Shown one piece after another: positions 7,139 to 15,659 of a stretch of 32,417 bases of DNA. Numbering within the stretch: position 1 is the first letter of the stretch; each line of letters starts with the position of its first letter. A model generated the notes under the pieces. It was not told the origin of the DNA, searched no databases, and saw only the letters and a list, made by a program, of their open reading frames with translations. The DNA is from a virus. Lineage: Duplodnaviria > Caudoviricetes. A program made the translations under genes and the position numbers. Location: the IMG/VR virus record IMGVR_UViG_3300011338_000142, positions 1 through 32,417 of that record; one strand, 5' to 3'.

Positions 7139-8142
7139 TGTACAACAGACTAACAAGCCTAAACACAGAGATGTTTGACATCAGGCAAAAGAAAGACATA
7201 CGAGGTAAATCAATTGGATGGGATTGGGAAATGCTTCCATACACAATTAAAGAAGGATGCACAACATACATAGGTTCAGCTCCAGCGAGTGGAAAAACGG
7301 AGCTATGGTTTGAGATACTTATCAACCTTTCGTGTTTACATAATTGGAATCATGTTATCTTCTCACCTGAAACAGGAAGTAGTGCGGAAATATTTGCAGA
7401 GCTTTGTTACAAGTATATCGGTAAACCATACGTACAAGGACAGAACTCAATGAGTAACTCAGAGCAGATATCAGCAGAGATGTTTATCAACGAGCATTTT
7501 ATTGTTATTGATCCAATAGACGAAGATTTAACCATTACAAAGTTTTACGACTTAGTAGATGAAATCGAACGCAGGGAAGGAATGAAAATTCACACTACAA
7601 CGATTGACCCTTGGAATGAATTAACGGAAGAGTATCTACCTAGTGATTTAGGAAGAGAAGATAAGTACCTAAGTAGAATTTTGGGAGCAGTACGAAAAAA
7701 CGCACGTAAAACAGGTAGACACAATTGCGTAATTAATCATGTTCGTGATCAACCTATGGTAAGTTCAAAGACAATAGCAGGAACTGACATTAGTTACTTT
7801 CCAATGCCAAGTGCTAGAGACTTTGCTGGAGGACAAGTTTGGTTTAGAAAAGGACTTAGCGTATTGATTCCGTGGAGACCTCCTTACGGATTAATGGATA
7901 GTGACGGAATAGGAGCAGAGAAAAACGAAGTGCATTTGAAGGTAGCTAAAAGTAAACCTAAAGGCGTATCAAAAAACGGAGTATATAAACTATATTTGGA
8001 CTTAGATAAATATCAATACTATATGCTTGATTACAAAGGTAACCGTGTTTACGCTAATCGAACAAAGAAACTACCTGAACAGAAAAAGATTACAATGGTA
8101 GAACAAAAAATAAACGCATTAAACAATAAAGGATGGACATAG
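7138..8142 (+). CDS. Replicative helicase, DnaB/SF4-like
   Basis: Walker A (GSAPASGKT), catalytic FSPE, Walker B (TTIDPW), INH motif, C-terminal VAKSK. Confidence 0.75.
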   Translation: MYNRLTSLNTEMFDIRQKKDIRGKSIGWDWEMLPYTIKEGCTTYIGSAPASGKTELWFEILINLSCLHNWNHVIFSPETGSSAEIFAELCYKYIGKPYVQGQNSMSNSEQISAEMFINEHFIVIDPIDEDLTITKFYDLVDEIERREGMKIHTTTIDPWNELTEEYLPSDLGREDKYLSRILGAVRKNARKTGRHNCVINHVRDQPMVSSKTIAGTDISYFPMPSARDFAGGQVWFRKGLSVLIPWRPPYGLMDSDGIGAEKNEVHLKVAKSKPKGVSKNGVYKLYLDLDKYQYYMLDYKGNRVYANRTKKLPEQKKITMVEQKINALNNKGWT

Positions 8143-8429
8143 GACTAAAACTGCTTTACATCAAAGGACTTATACAAAAGAACATTTGGAAAGTAAAGCT
8201 CACGAGAGAAGAACTGCAAGAGAAAAGACCATCAGCAGAAGCGTATATCAACGGAGCTAGAGATACGGAGAACGACTTAAAGCAGGTGCAGTTAGCAATA
8301 CACGAACTTGAAACAGAACTACGCTTACAAGGCAGAGAAATCATCAGATGCCTGCATATAAACGGAGAATTAAAGAAAAGAATTGAAGAACTTGAACACG
8401 AACTTAAATACAAAAACGTAGAACTATGA
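8133..8429 (+). CDS. Coiled-coil hypothetical protein
   Basis: 98 aa, heptad-rich, overlaps its neighbours. Confidence 0.65.
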   Translation: MDIGLKLLYIKGLIQKNIWKVKLTREELQEKRPSAEAYINGARDTENDLKQVQLAIHELETELRLQGREIIRCLHINGELKKRIEELEHELKYKNVEL

Positions 8430-8683
8430 CAAAAGAACACAAACTAGTAACACTATCAGCAATACTACCTGTATTAGCTGACTTCATTGAGGACTTAAAC
8501 GACCAGTATGTTTTCAAACAAGACTTGAAACGTAAAGCAAACATCTTAGCAGATGAGATTAGAAAAACGGACTACAAAGTTCTACAGGTATATGGAGAAA
8601 AACGAGAGGAAATATACTCGCAGCAAGTAGACTTGCAGTTGCTATTTAGACAATGGATTGAAGAAACTATAAAATTTGACTAA
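8426..8683 (+). CDS. Hypothetical protein
   Basis: 85 aa, coupled on both sides. Confidence 0.65.
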   Translation: MTKEHKLVTLSAILPVLADFIEDLNDQYVFKQDLKRKANILADEIRKTDYKVLQVYGEKREEIYSQQVDLQLLFRQWIEETIKFD

Positions 8684-9903
8684 TGAAAGTAGGAAGTGAT
8701 TTTAGTGGAGTAGGTGCATTTGACCAAGCTCTAAAACGATTAGGACTAAAATACGAAACAGTGTTTGCCTGTGATATGGATAAGTATGCTAGAGATACAT
8801 TCATTCACAACTATGGTGAACCGAAATACTATCCAACCAACGTATATGACCGAGAGATTCCAAGTGAATCTTTGGATATCTATATGACATCTCCACCTTG
8901 TCAAGCATTCTCACTTGCTGGAAAGCGACTAGGAAAAGACGATAAAAGAGGAATACTATTCTTTAACTCACACGAATTCATTCAGGTAAACAAACCTCGA
9001 TTCTTTATATTCGAAAACGTAAAAGGATTGCTTTCGGACGATGGAGGAAAAACATTTCAAGAATGGATCAATATGTTAGGAGGTAAATCAGTCAATGGAC
9101 TACCTGTATTGTTCACTTATGAAGAAGCGGTTCCATATCATTTGTACTTTAAAGTTCTAAACGCTAAAAATCACGGCGTGCCACAAAATCGCGAACGTGT
9201 TTTTTTAATTGGTATTCGTGACGACAAAGACAATATGTTCCAATTTCCAAAGGATGAACATTTGGAAAAAAGATTGAAGGATGTTTTGGAGGATGATGTA
9301 GATGATAAGTATTTATTGAGTGAGAAAATGTTGGAATTAATAACATTCCAAGAAAAAACGAATGGAGAAATAGCAAACCTAAACAAAGGAGGTGAACGTG
9401 GTTCAGTTTATGACGCAAACACAAAATCAATGAGCTGTTTGAGTGCAACGGATTATAAACAACCTAAAATGATTAAAGTAGGAAATGTAAATCCTTCAGG
9501 TATTGGAATGAACGGATGTGTTTATGATGATAAAGGTATTTCACCTACACTATGGTCAGGTCACGGAGAAGGCTTAAAGATTAAATCAGAAACGTTAAAA
9601 GTTATTCAATTAAATGATAGTTTAGAAAGTGGAGGTAAACAACCGTATCAACAAAATAGAATTTACGATTCTAATGCTTTGTGTCCAGCATTAAATGCAG
9701 GTCAACAAACGTGGGGTGGAAATATTGTTACTTTACCAAATGAATACAAAATAAGAAGATTAACACCACGAGAATGTTTCCGACTAATGGACTTTCCTGA
9801 TACATTTACTTGGAAGGTAAGCGACTCACAAGCATATAAACAAGCAGGCAATTCAATCGTGGTGAATGTACTTTATAAAATATTAAAACAACTACCATTA
9901 TGA
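8683..9903 (+). CDS. DNA (cytosine-5) methyltransferase, orphan
   Basis: Motif I FSGVGA, motif IV PPCQAFS, VI ENVKG, VIII QNRER, IX RRLTPREC, X YKQAGNSI. Confidence 0.92.
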   Translation: MKVGSDFSGVGAFDQALKRLGLKYETVFACDMDKYARDTFIHNYGEPKYYPTNVYDREIPSESLDIYMTSPPCQAFSLAGKRLGKDDKRGILFFNSHEFIQVNKPRFFIFENVKGLLSDDGGKTFQEWINMLGGKSVNGLPVLFTYEEAVPYHLYFKVLNAKNHGVPQNRERVFLIGIRDDKDNMFQFPKDEHLEKRLKDVLEDDVDDKYLLSEKMLELITFQEKTNGEIANLNKGGERGSVYDANTKSMSCLSATDYKQPKMIKVGNVNPSGIGMNGCVYDDKGISPTLWSGHGEGLKIKSETLKVIQLNDSLESGGKQPYQQNRIYDSNALCPALNAGQQTWGGNIVTLPNEYKIRRLTPRECFRLMDFPDTFTWKVSDSQAYKQAGNSIVVNVLYKILKQLPL

Positions 9904-10415
9904 GATGTAAAAACTGCAAACAAAAGTTTGAACCAATCAGGTTTAATATGAAATACTGTACAGAAACAATTTGTCTTAGAGCTTTTTCAGATGAGATTAA
10001 AGCAAAGCAATGGCAAAAGACGAAACAAAAAATGAAAGCAGAACTAGAAACAGTTCAAGACATTGTAAAAGCTGCACAGATAGTATTCAATAAGTACATC
10101 AGGGAACGAGATAAAAATGAAACTTGTATCTCTTGCAAAAACATACCTAAAAAAATCAATGCTGGACATTTTTGGAATGCAAACAACCATTGGAACGTTC
10201 GTTTTGATGAGGATAATGTACACGTTCAATGCGAAAGATGTAATAGTTTTTTATCAGGTAACTTAATTGAGTACAGAGCAAACCTATTAACCAAGATTGG
10301 AGCAGAGAGATTTAGTCAACTTGAAGCAAAAGCGAGGGTAACACGGAAGTTTACAAAAGACGAATTAAAAGAAATTATAAAAAAATATAAAGATTTGATG
10401 CGAGATATGAAATAA
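9900..10415 (+). CDS. ninG: NinG/Rap-family recombination endonuclease
   Basis: N-terminal CxxC...CxxxxC, FNKYIRERD, CISC, AGH, RFDEDNVHVQCERCN. Confidence 0.85.
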   Translation: MRCKNCKQKFEPIRFNMKYCTETICLRAFSDEIKAKQWQKTKQKMKAELETVQDIVKAAQIVFNKYIRERDKNETCISCKNIPKKINAGHFWNANNHWNVRFDEDNVHVQCERCNSFLSGNLIEYRANLLTKIGAERFSQLEAKARVTRKFTKDELKEIIKKYKDLMRDMK

Positions 10416-10428
10416 AGTTATATCTTTG
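10394..10428 (+). promoter_or_regulatory. Bacteroidota-type promoter for the recombination operon
   Basis: TATCTTTG at 10421-28; TTTG at 10394-97. Confidence 0.6.
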
Positions 10429-10450
10429 TATAAACAAAAACTAATTAATT

Positions 10451-10612
10451 ATGAAAACTTACTTTTTTATTTACGCAGATGAGCAAGGTAATGAGTTATG
10501 GATGAACGCTTATGAGTGCGAGAATGACGAACAAGCATTGAAATTATCAAACGAACTTCATATGAATACGATGCCGGGAGATTGCGACAGAGTATACTTT
10601 GTACAAGCATAA
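10451..10612 (+). CDS. Hypothetical protein (53 aa, MKTYFFIYADEQGNELW...)
   Basis: ATG just downstream of the promoter, A-rich leader. Confidence 0.65.
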   Translation: MKTYFFIYADEQGNELWMNAYECENDEQALKLSNELHMNTMPGDCDRVYFVQA

Positions 10613-10666
10613 TAATAAAAAGAGGGGTGCGACTCTACTAACGCACATTATAAAAACAATTTAACA

Positions 10667-11191
10667 ATGAAAAATCTATTAAAAATTCAGGCAGAATTAA
10701 AATGTCCAAAAGGAAGTTTCAACTCATTCGGTAAATACAAGTACCGAAGTGCAGAGCAGATTCTTGAATCATTGAAACCTGTGCTACAGAAACACGAAGC
10801 AACATTAGTTCTTACTGACGACATCATTCAAGTAGGCAACAAGCTATTTTTAAAGGCTACTGCGACACTTTCTGACTCTGATAGTATAATTCATTCAAAC
10901 GGATTTGCAGAGCTTGGAGAACACAAAGGAATGTCATCAGAACAATGTACAGGTACTGCATCAAGTTATGCACGTAAGTATGCTTTAAACGGATTATTCT
11001 TAATTGACGAAACAGAGTCTGATCCCGACTCAAAAGACAATACTCCAGTACAACCAAAGAAACAAGCATTAGACTCTAAAAGATTTCAGGATGCAGTCAA
11101 AGCGTTAAATGATGGCAAGATTACACGCCAATCATTGGAGGATAAGTTTGCATTAACAGATGGTCAAATTGATATATTAAACGCACTATGA
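10667..11191 (+). CDS. erf: ERF-family single-strand annealing protein
   Basis: N-terminal FGKYKYRSAEQI and ERF signature GTASSYARKYALNGLFLI-DETESDPD. Confidence 0.88.
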   Translation: MKNLLKIQAELKCPKGSFNSFGKYKYRSAEQILESLKPVLQKHEATLVLTDDIIQVGNKLFLKATATLSDSDSIIHSNGFAELGEHKGMSSEQCTGTASSYARKYALNGLFLIDETESDPDSKDNTPVQPKKQALDSKRFQDAVKALNDGKITRQSLEDKFALTDGQIDILNAL

Positions 11192-11859
11192 AGATTAGAT
11201 GCTCTGCTATAGGAAAAGTTATGAGTAGTCCCCGTAATAAATCGGAGGTGCTTTCACAGACTGCTAAGAGTTACATTCACGAGTTAGTCTTGCAGGATAA
11301 ATACGGAATCAGAAAAGAGTTCAGCTCACGTTACACGGATAAAGGAAACGAAGTAGAAGATGAAGCTATAAACTTAGTCAATGAAGTTCTTGACGTTGGA
11401 TTCATTTACAAGAACGAAGAGTATTTTGAAAACGATTGGATTAAAGGAACACCCGATGTAAACACGCAAGAAGTATTGTTAGACGTTAAATCAAGTTGGG
11501 ATGGCACAACGTTTCCATTCTTTGAGACTGAGATTCCCACAAAGGATTACTTTTACCAACTTCAAGGATATATGTGGCTTACAGGTAAACAACAGTCAAT
11601 GCTTTGTTACTGCCTTGTTGACACTCCAGAACTAATGGTAGAGGATGAGATTCGCAGAACGCACTGGAAACTAAATCTAATGGAGGAAAGCTTAGACCTA
11701 AGAGATGAAATCCAAAAGAAACATATCTTTTCACACATTCCAAAGAATCGTAGAGTTAAAGTATTTTATGTACAGAAAGACGAAGCAGTAATCGAAAAAA
11801 TAAAAGAGCAGGTAGAACTATGCCGTGAGTATTATAACACCTTAATAAATTTCTTATGA
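11188..11859 (+). CDS. YqaJ/lambda-exonuclease-like PD-(D/E)xK nuclease
   Basis: RCS, GNEVEDEA, GTPD...DVKSS, YFYQLQGYM; adjacent to erf. Confidence 0.8.
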   Translation: MKIRCSAIGKVMSSPRNKSEVLSQTAKSYIHELVLQDKYGIRKEFSSRYTDKGNEVEDEAINLVNEVLDVGFIYKNEEYFENDWIKGTPDVNTQEVLLDVKSSWDGTTFPFFETEIPTKDYFYQLQGYMWLTGKQQSMLCYCLVDTPELMVEDEIRRTHWKLNLMEESLDLRDEIQKKHIFSHIPKNRRVKVFYVQKDEAVIEKIKEQVELCREYYNTLINFL

Positions 11860-12065
11860 GTGTAATAGAATGGTTATTAGATAATTTAATTTTCGACCCA
11901 TATTCAGAAGAAGACTTTGAATACAATCATAAATTGTGGGATAAAGCAAAGCAATATGAAAATCAACAATTAGAACAAGCTTATTTTGATGGAACTAATT
12001 TTGAAACAAATGGATTCGGAAATAATGCAAGTGAATATGTTAAACAACTAAAAAACGAACTATGA
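11856..12065 (+). CDS. Hypothetical protein, paralogous to 12582..12809
   Basis: Shared pattern (S/T)xxEW...AKxxExxQxxxAYFxG...AxxY. Confidence 0.65.
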   Translation: MSVIEWLLDNLIFDPYSEEDFEYNHKLWDKAKQYENQQLEQAYFDGTNFETNGFGNNASEYVKQLKNEL

Positions 12066-12277
12066 AACAACAAATAGAAGATAAAATTGTACTTCGTGTT
12101 TTAGCACGTTTTAATGAACGAAGTCAAGTAGGAATAACCAAGTACAACACAACGTTAGAAAGAACCGATTTAAGCACGTTAGAATGGCTTACACACGCAC
12201 AGGAGGAAGCTATGGACTTCTGTCTGTATTTGGAGCGTTTGAAAGACGAATACAAATCAATAAAAGAAAAGGGGTAA
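12062..12277 (+). CDS. Conserved small phage protein, possibly MazG-like pyrophosphohydrolase fold
   Basis: GITKYNTTL...WLTHAQEEAMDFCLY acidic helix motif (EExxD). Confidence 0.5.
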   Translation: MKQQIEDKIVLRVLARFNERSQVGITKYNTTLERTDLSTLEWLTHAQEEAMDFCLYLERLKDEYKSIKEKG

Positions 12278-12320
12278 AAGTTGCCCCTTATATTAAATAG
12301 AAATGATAAATCAGAATAAG

Positions 12321-12563
12321 ATGAATACAGAAATAAGATTAGACAGAGCAGACTATGTTTATTTAGAAACACGCTCTTCATACAACAACAACTACTACCA
12401 ACATAAAGAAACGGGTGAAGTTATTGTCGAGCAATATTACGAGTCTTCAAATACTTATGATTATTTTTCTTATGTTGAAGGCGAACCATTAACCTTTTTA
12501 GGCGCAAGTGTTAAACGTATTGATGATGGTATCATAACAATACATACAGATTGGATTTCATAA
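12321..12563 (+). CDS. Hypothetical protein (cassette 1)
   Basis: Start placed at ATG 12321, inside the shared junction motif; the ORF track starts at 12303. Confidence 0.65.
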   Translation: MNTEIRLDRADYVYLETRSSYNNNYYQHKETGEVIVEQYYESSNTYDYFSYVEGEPLTFLGASVKRIDDGIITIHTDWIS

Positions 12564-12814
12564 CCTTTAAATCAGAATAAAATGACAGCAGTAGAATGGT
12601 TTGCAGAAGAATTAAGGCATTGTCTTGGAAAAAATATGATAGAAATAACACCAAGACTTTTAAATGCATTGGAAAAACAAGCCAAAGAAATGGAGAAGGA
12701 GCAGATAAAAGATGCTTATTTTAATGGTAGATATGAGGCTGATAAAATAGTTATGGGACACAATTTTTATGCAGAACAATACTACAAACAAACCTTTAAA
12801 TCAGAATAAAATGA
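12562..12814 (+). repeat. 24-bp perfect direct repeat flanking one gene
   Basis: AACCTTTAAATCAGAATAAAATGA at 12562-12585 and 12791-12814; partial copy TAAATCAGAATAAGATGA at 12307-12324. Confidence 0.9.
12582..12809 (+). CDS. Hypothetical protein (MTAVEW...AKEMEKEQI...TFKSE; cassette 2)
   Basis: 75 aa, bounded by the direct repeats. Confidence 0.75.
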   Translation: MTAVEWFAEELRHCLGKNMIEITPRLLNALEKQAKEMEKEQIKDAYFNGRYEADKIVMGHNFYAEQYYKQTFKSE

Positions 12815-13044
12815 AAATAACAATAGAACAATACGACCACAAGATAACATACGAAGTACCATATAACGATGTGAATATGGAGCAGATGTTAGAGATACTC
12901 GAAAACCTACTAAAATGTACTGGGTACTGTTTCAGTGGTAATCTAGAGATAGTTGATGATAGTACAGAGTTTAGTCAAGTGTCCACCCATTACAGGGATG
13001 GAACAATCGAACACGAAATACAAACCAATAATGAAGCCAATTAA
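12811..13044 (+). CDS. Hypothetical protein
   Basis: Start placed at the ATG within the repeat (MKITIEQY...). Confidence 0.65.
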   Translation: MKITIEQYDHKITYEVPYNDVNMEQMLEILENLLKCTGYCFSGNLEIVDDSTEFSQVSTHYRDGTIEHEIQTNNEAN

Positions 13045-13144
13045 AGAAAAAACAAAAGCAATAATAGGATTTTTATCCGCCATTGCACTACTCATGACCT
13101 TAGGAACATTGTTCGCAGCTTGGGTATTTAGGGGAGTATTTTAA
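13031..13144 (+). CDS. Small membrane protein (37 aa)
   Basis: Basic N-terminus and one TM helix; 3' part of track ORF 12953..13144. Confidence 0.5.
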   Translation: MKPIKEKTKAIIGFLSAIALLMTLGTLFAAWVFRGVF

Positions 13145-13169
13145 ACGTAAACAATTAAATAAACATAAA

Positions 13170-13412
13170 ATGGAAAACAAAGTAAACACGGGAGCAATCT
13201 TCAAAAACACGAACAAGAAAGCTGATAACCATCCTGACTACAAAGGAAAGGTTAATGTAAACGGTAAAGAAATGGAAGTTGCCTTATGGGTAAAACAAGG
13301 TAAAGCAGGTAGTTTCTTTTCTGCAGCATTCAATGAGCCTTACGTAGCACCTGCAACAATGGAAAGAGTTCCAGTATCAGACGCAATGGACGACACCGAC
13401 CTGCCCTTCTGA
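13170..13412 (+). CDS. Small SSB-like OB-fold protein
   Basis: HPDYKGKV beta-rich core and acidic DDTDLPF tail typical of SSBs. Confidence 0.65.
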   Translation: MENKVNTGAIFKNTNKKADNHPDYKGKVNVNGKEMEVALWVKQGKAGSFFSAAFNEPYVAPATMERVPVSDAMDDTDLPF

Positions 13413-13633
13413 TGTACATTGACGAGGGAGGATTGCGAAAGCAATTAGAGATGTTGCTTCGTACCAAAACACGAAACCAAATTGTGCAAGAGATAAAGTC
13501 AAACACAGGAAGATTCCATCAGTACCAAATAGACAAGTTTCTACAAGGAAAAGATGTAACACTATGCACAGTAGTCAAGTTAGACAACTATGTGTCCAGA
13601 GAGATTTACTTAAACGATTTAGAGCCACTTTAG
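13412..13633 (+). CDS. Putative HTH DNA-binding protein
   Basis: 73 aa helical; QYQIDKFLQGKDVTLCTVVKL resembles Cro/XRE-like HTH. Confidence 0.45.
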   Translation: MYIDEGGLRKQLEMLLRTKTRNQIVQEIKSNTGRFHQYQIDKFLQGKDVTLCTVVKLDNYVSREIYLNDLEPL

Positions 13634-13648
13634 TTAGTGGCTTTTTTT
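13623..13648 (+). terminator. Rho-independent terminator
   Basis: AGCCACT-TTAGTT-AGTGGCT followed by a T tract. Confidence 0.8.
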
Positions 13649-13667
13649 ATGTTGAAAACTTTTTAGC

Positions 13668-13696
13668 AACGTGTTTAGATTTTCATCGTAGTTTTG
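13668..13696 (+). promoter_or_regulatory. Composite promoter of the sigma gene (AAC-N16-CGT plus TAGTTTTG)
   Basis: AAC 13668-70, CGT 13687-89, TAnnTTTG 13689-96. Confidence 0.55.
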
Positions 13697-13711
13697 ATTA
13701 GAATTTAACCA

Positions 13712-14239
13712 ATGGATAAATTAACCATACTAGCAAATCAGCATAAAGATTGGGTACGAATCGTCAATAGTTTTGGCGAATACTTCCTAGCAGATGATAT
13801 CGTTCAAGAAACATATATCAAAATCATACGTTTAAATCATATAGACAAGATTGTTACTGACACGATAAACAAGAGTATGATGTGGTTAGTCTTGCGAAGT
13901 GTATACATTGATCATATCAGAGCCAAGAAGAACGATTGTGTTTCAATTAATGAATGTTTTGATTTACAATACACGGAGCATAACCTACAAAAAGACGAAG
14001 CATTTAGTTTAATAGAGGAAAAGCTACAGGACGAAATGAATAACTGGCATCACTACGACAAGATGTTATTTAATTTATACAGGGAATCTAAACTATCAAT
14101 AAGAGAAATAGCAGACGCAACTAAAATACATTACACTTCTATCTTTCATACATTAAAACGATGTAAAAATAGATTAGAGAAAGCAGTAGGAGAAGACTAC
14201 AAAGATTATTTAAACGAAGATTTTGAATTAATAAAATAA
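13712..14239 (+). CDS. ECF-like RNA polymerase sigma factor
   Basis: Region 2 ADDIVQETYIK and region 4 HTH LSIREIADATKI...LKRCKNRL; 175 aa. Confidence 0.75.
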   Translation: MDKLTILANQHKDWVRIVNSFGEYFLADDIVQETYIKIIRLNHIDKIVTDTINKSMMWLVLRSVYIDHIRAKKNDCVSINECFDLQYTEHNLQKDEAFSLIEEKLQDEMNNWHHYDKMLFNLYRESKLSIREIADATKIHYTSIFHTLKRCKNRLEKAVGEDYKDYLNEDFELIK

Positions 14240-14242
14240 ATT

Positions 14243-14623
14243 ATGGCAAAAACACGAAGAACACAAGCAAAAGGAGTAGGAGATACAATCGAACAAATCA
14301 CAGACGCAACAGGAATTAAAAAATTAGTTAAGTTCATTGCTGGAGATGACTGCGGATGCGATGCACGTAAAGAGAAACTAAACGCATTGTTTCCTTATCA
14401 CAGACCTGAATGTCTAACAGAAGACGAATACAACTACCTAAGCGAATCACAGGTACTACAAAAAAACGAAATCAAACCAAGTGAACAAGACGCAATCTTA
14501 AAAATTTACAATAGAGTTTTCCACGTAAGCAGAGAACCAACATCATGTGCAAGTTGCTTAAGAGAAATCATTGAGAAGATGCAACAAGTATTCAACGAAT
14601 ATAAAGAAGATGCCAATTCCTAA
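14243..14623 (+). CDS. Conserved Cys-containing hypothetical protein
   Basis: GVGDTIE...CGCDARKEKLN and CASC motifs. Confidence 0.7.
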   Translation: MAKTRRTQAKGVGDTIEQITDATGIKKLVKFIAGDDCGCDARKEKLNALFPYHRPECLTEDEYNYLSESQVLQKNEIKPSEQDAILKIYNRVFHVSREPTSCASCLREIIEKMQQVFNEYKEDANS

Positions 14624-15044
14624 ACCAACATCAGGAGAATCAGAAGCGGACTTCTTAAAAAGATGTATGTCTGACGATAAAATGATAAGCGAGTACGATC
14701 AAGAACAACGTGCTGCGGTTTGTCGTTCTACTTATTCAGAGAAACTTGCAGGAGAAAAGATATCATTCGATTACGATGGAACATTCTCAACTGCAAAAGG
14801 ATTTGACAGAGCAGTTAGTTTGATTGAATCAGGTGCAGATGTTTACATCATATCAGCGAGAGAATCAAAAGACGGAATGTTAGCAAGAGCAAACAAAGCT
14901 AAGATACTTTTCTCAAGAGTTTACGCTACTGGAAGCAACAAAGCAAAAGTTGATAAAGTAAAAGAATTAGAAATATCAGTTCACTATGACAACAATCAAG
15001 ACGTGGTTAATCAACTTCCAAACGTAGGCAGACTTTTTACATAA
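14610..15044 (+). CDS. Two-part protein: MPIPKP...RCM...AVC domain fused to a HAD-like domain
   Basis: Probable start ATG 14610; HAD motifs SFDYDGT, IISAR, K, HYDNN. Confidence 0.6.
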   Translation: MPIPKPTSGESEADFLKRCMSDDKMISEYDQEQRAAVCRSTYSEKLAGEKISFDYDGTFSTAKGFDRAVSLIESGADVYIISARESKDGMLARANKAKILFSRVYATGSNKAKVDKVKELEISVHYDNNQDVVNQLPNVGRLFT

Positions 15045-15051
15045 ACACGAA

Positions 15052-15240
15052 ATGAGATACTACCTAATTGATCACGGAAAAGAAATGCTAGAAACTGCTA
15101 ATGCAGTAACAGACCTACTTACTAAACAGGGATGTCATTATGTGGTTTACTTAACCGATGCTGATGGATTAATGTGTGTAGAAGAAATCAGTGAGAATGA
15201 ATTTTTAGACCACTTTAAAAAGAACCAAAAAACGAAATAA
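15052..15240 (+). CDS. Hypothetical protein
   Basis: 62 aa, in-operon ORF. Confidence 0.6.
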   Translation: MRYYLIDHGKEMLETANAVTDLLTKQGCHYVVYLTDADGLMCVEEISENEFLDHFKKNQKTK

Positions 15241-15243
15241 CTT

Positions 15244-15657
15244 ATGAAAAACAAAGTAGGAAGACCAAGAAACCTAAACAACCCAGAAGAACTACAAGCT
15301 CTATTCGAGAAATACAAAGCAGATGTTAAAGCTAATCCAAGAATTAAAAGCGTATTCGGAGGTAAAGAGTTCGAAGAGAGAGCAGAGCCTTTAGAAAGAC
15401 CATTAACGCTAGAAGGCTTTGAATTGTTTTGTTACGAAGAAGTAGGATGCGTTGAACAATACTTTAAGAATCTAGACAAAAAATACAACGATTTTTTACC
15501 CATCTGTACACGTATAAGAAAAGCAATACGTCAAGACCAAATCGAAGGAGGCATGGTAGGACAGTACAATCCATCCATTACACAACGATTAAACGGACTC
15601 ACAGAAAAGGTAGAAAGCACGATTATAACAGAGCAACCATTGTTCCCTGAGGAGTAA
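15244..15657 (+). CDS. terS: Terminase small subunit (P22 gp3-like DNA packaging protein)
   Basis: VGRPR...PEEL, RPLTLEGF, GxYNPSITQRLNGL; directly upstream of terL. Confidence 0.75.
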   Translation: MKNKVGRPRNLNNPEELQALFEKYKADVKANPRIKSVFGGKEFEERAEPLERPLTLEGFELFCYEEVGCVEQYFKNLDKKYNDFLPICTRIRKAIRQDQIEGGMVGQYNPSITQRLNGLTEKVESTIITEQPLFPEE

Positions 15658-15659
15658 GT

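Noticed and set aside
14571-14609. Upstream start extensions in the ORF track (14571, 12303, 12769, 12953, 29673)
   Set aside because: Downstream ATGs fit gene packing, junction repeats or promoters better.
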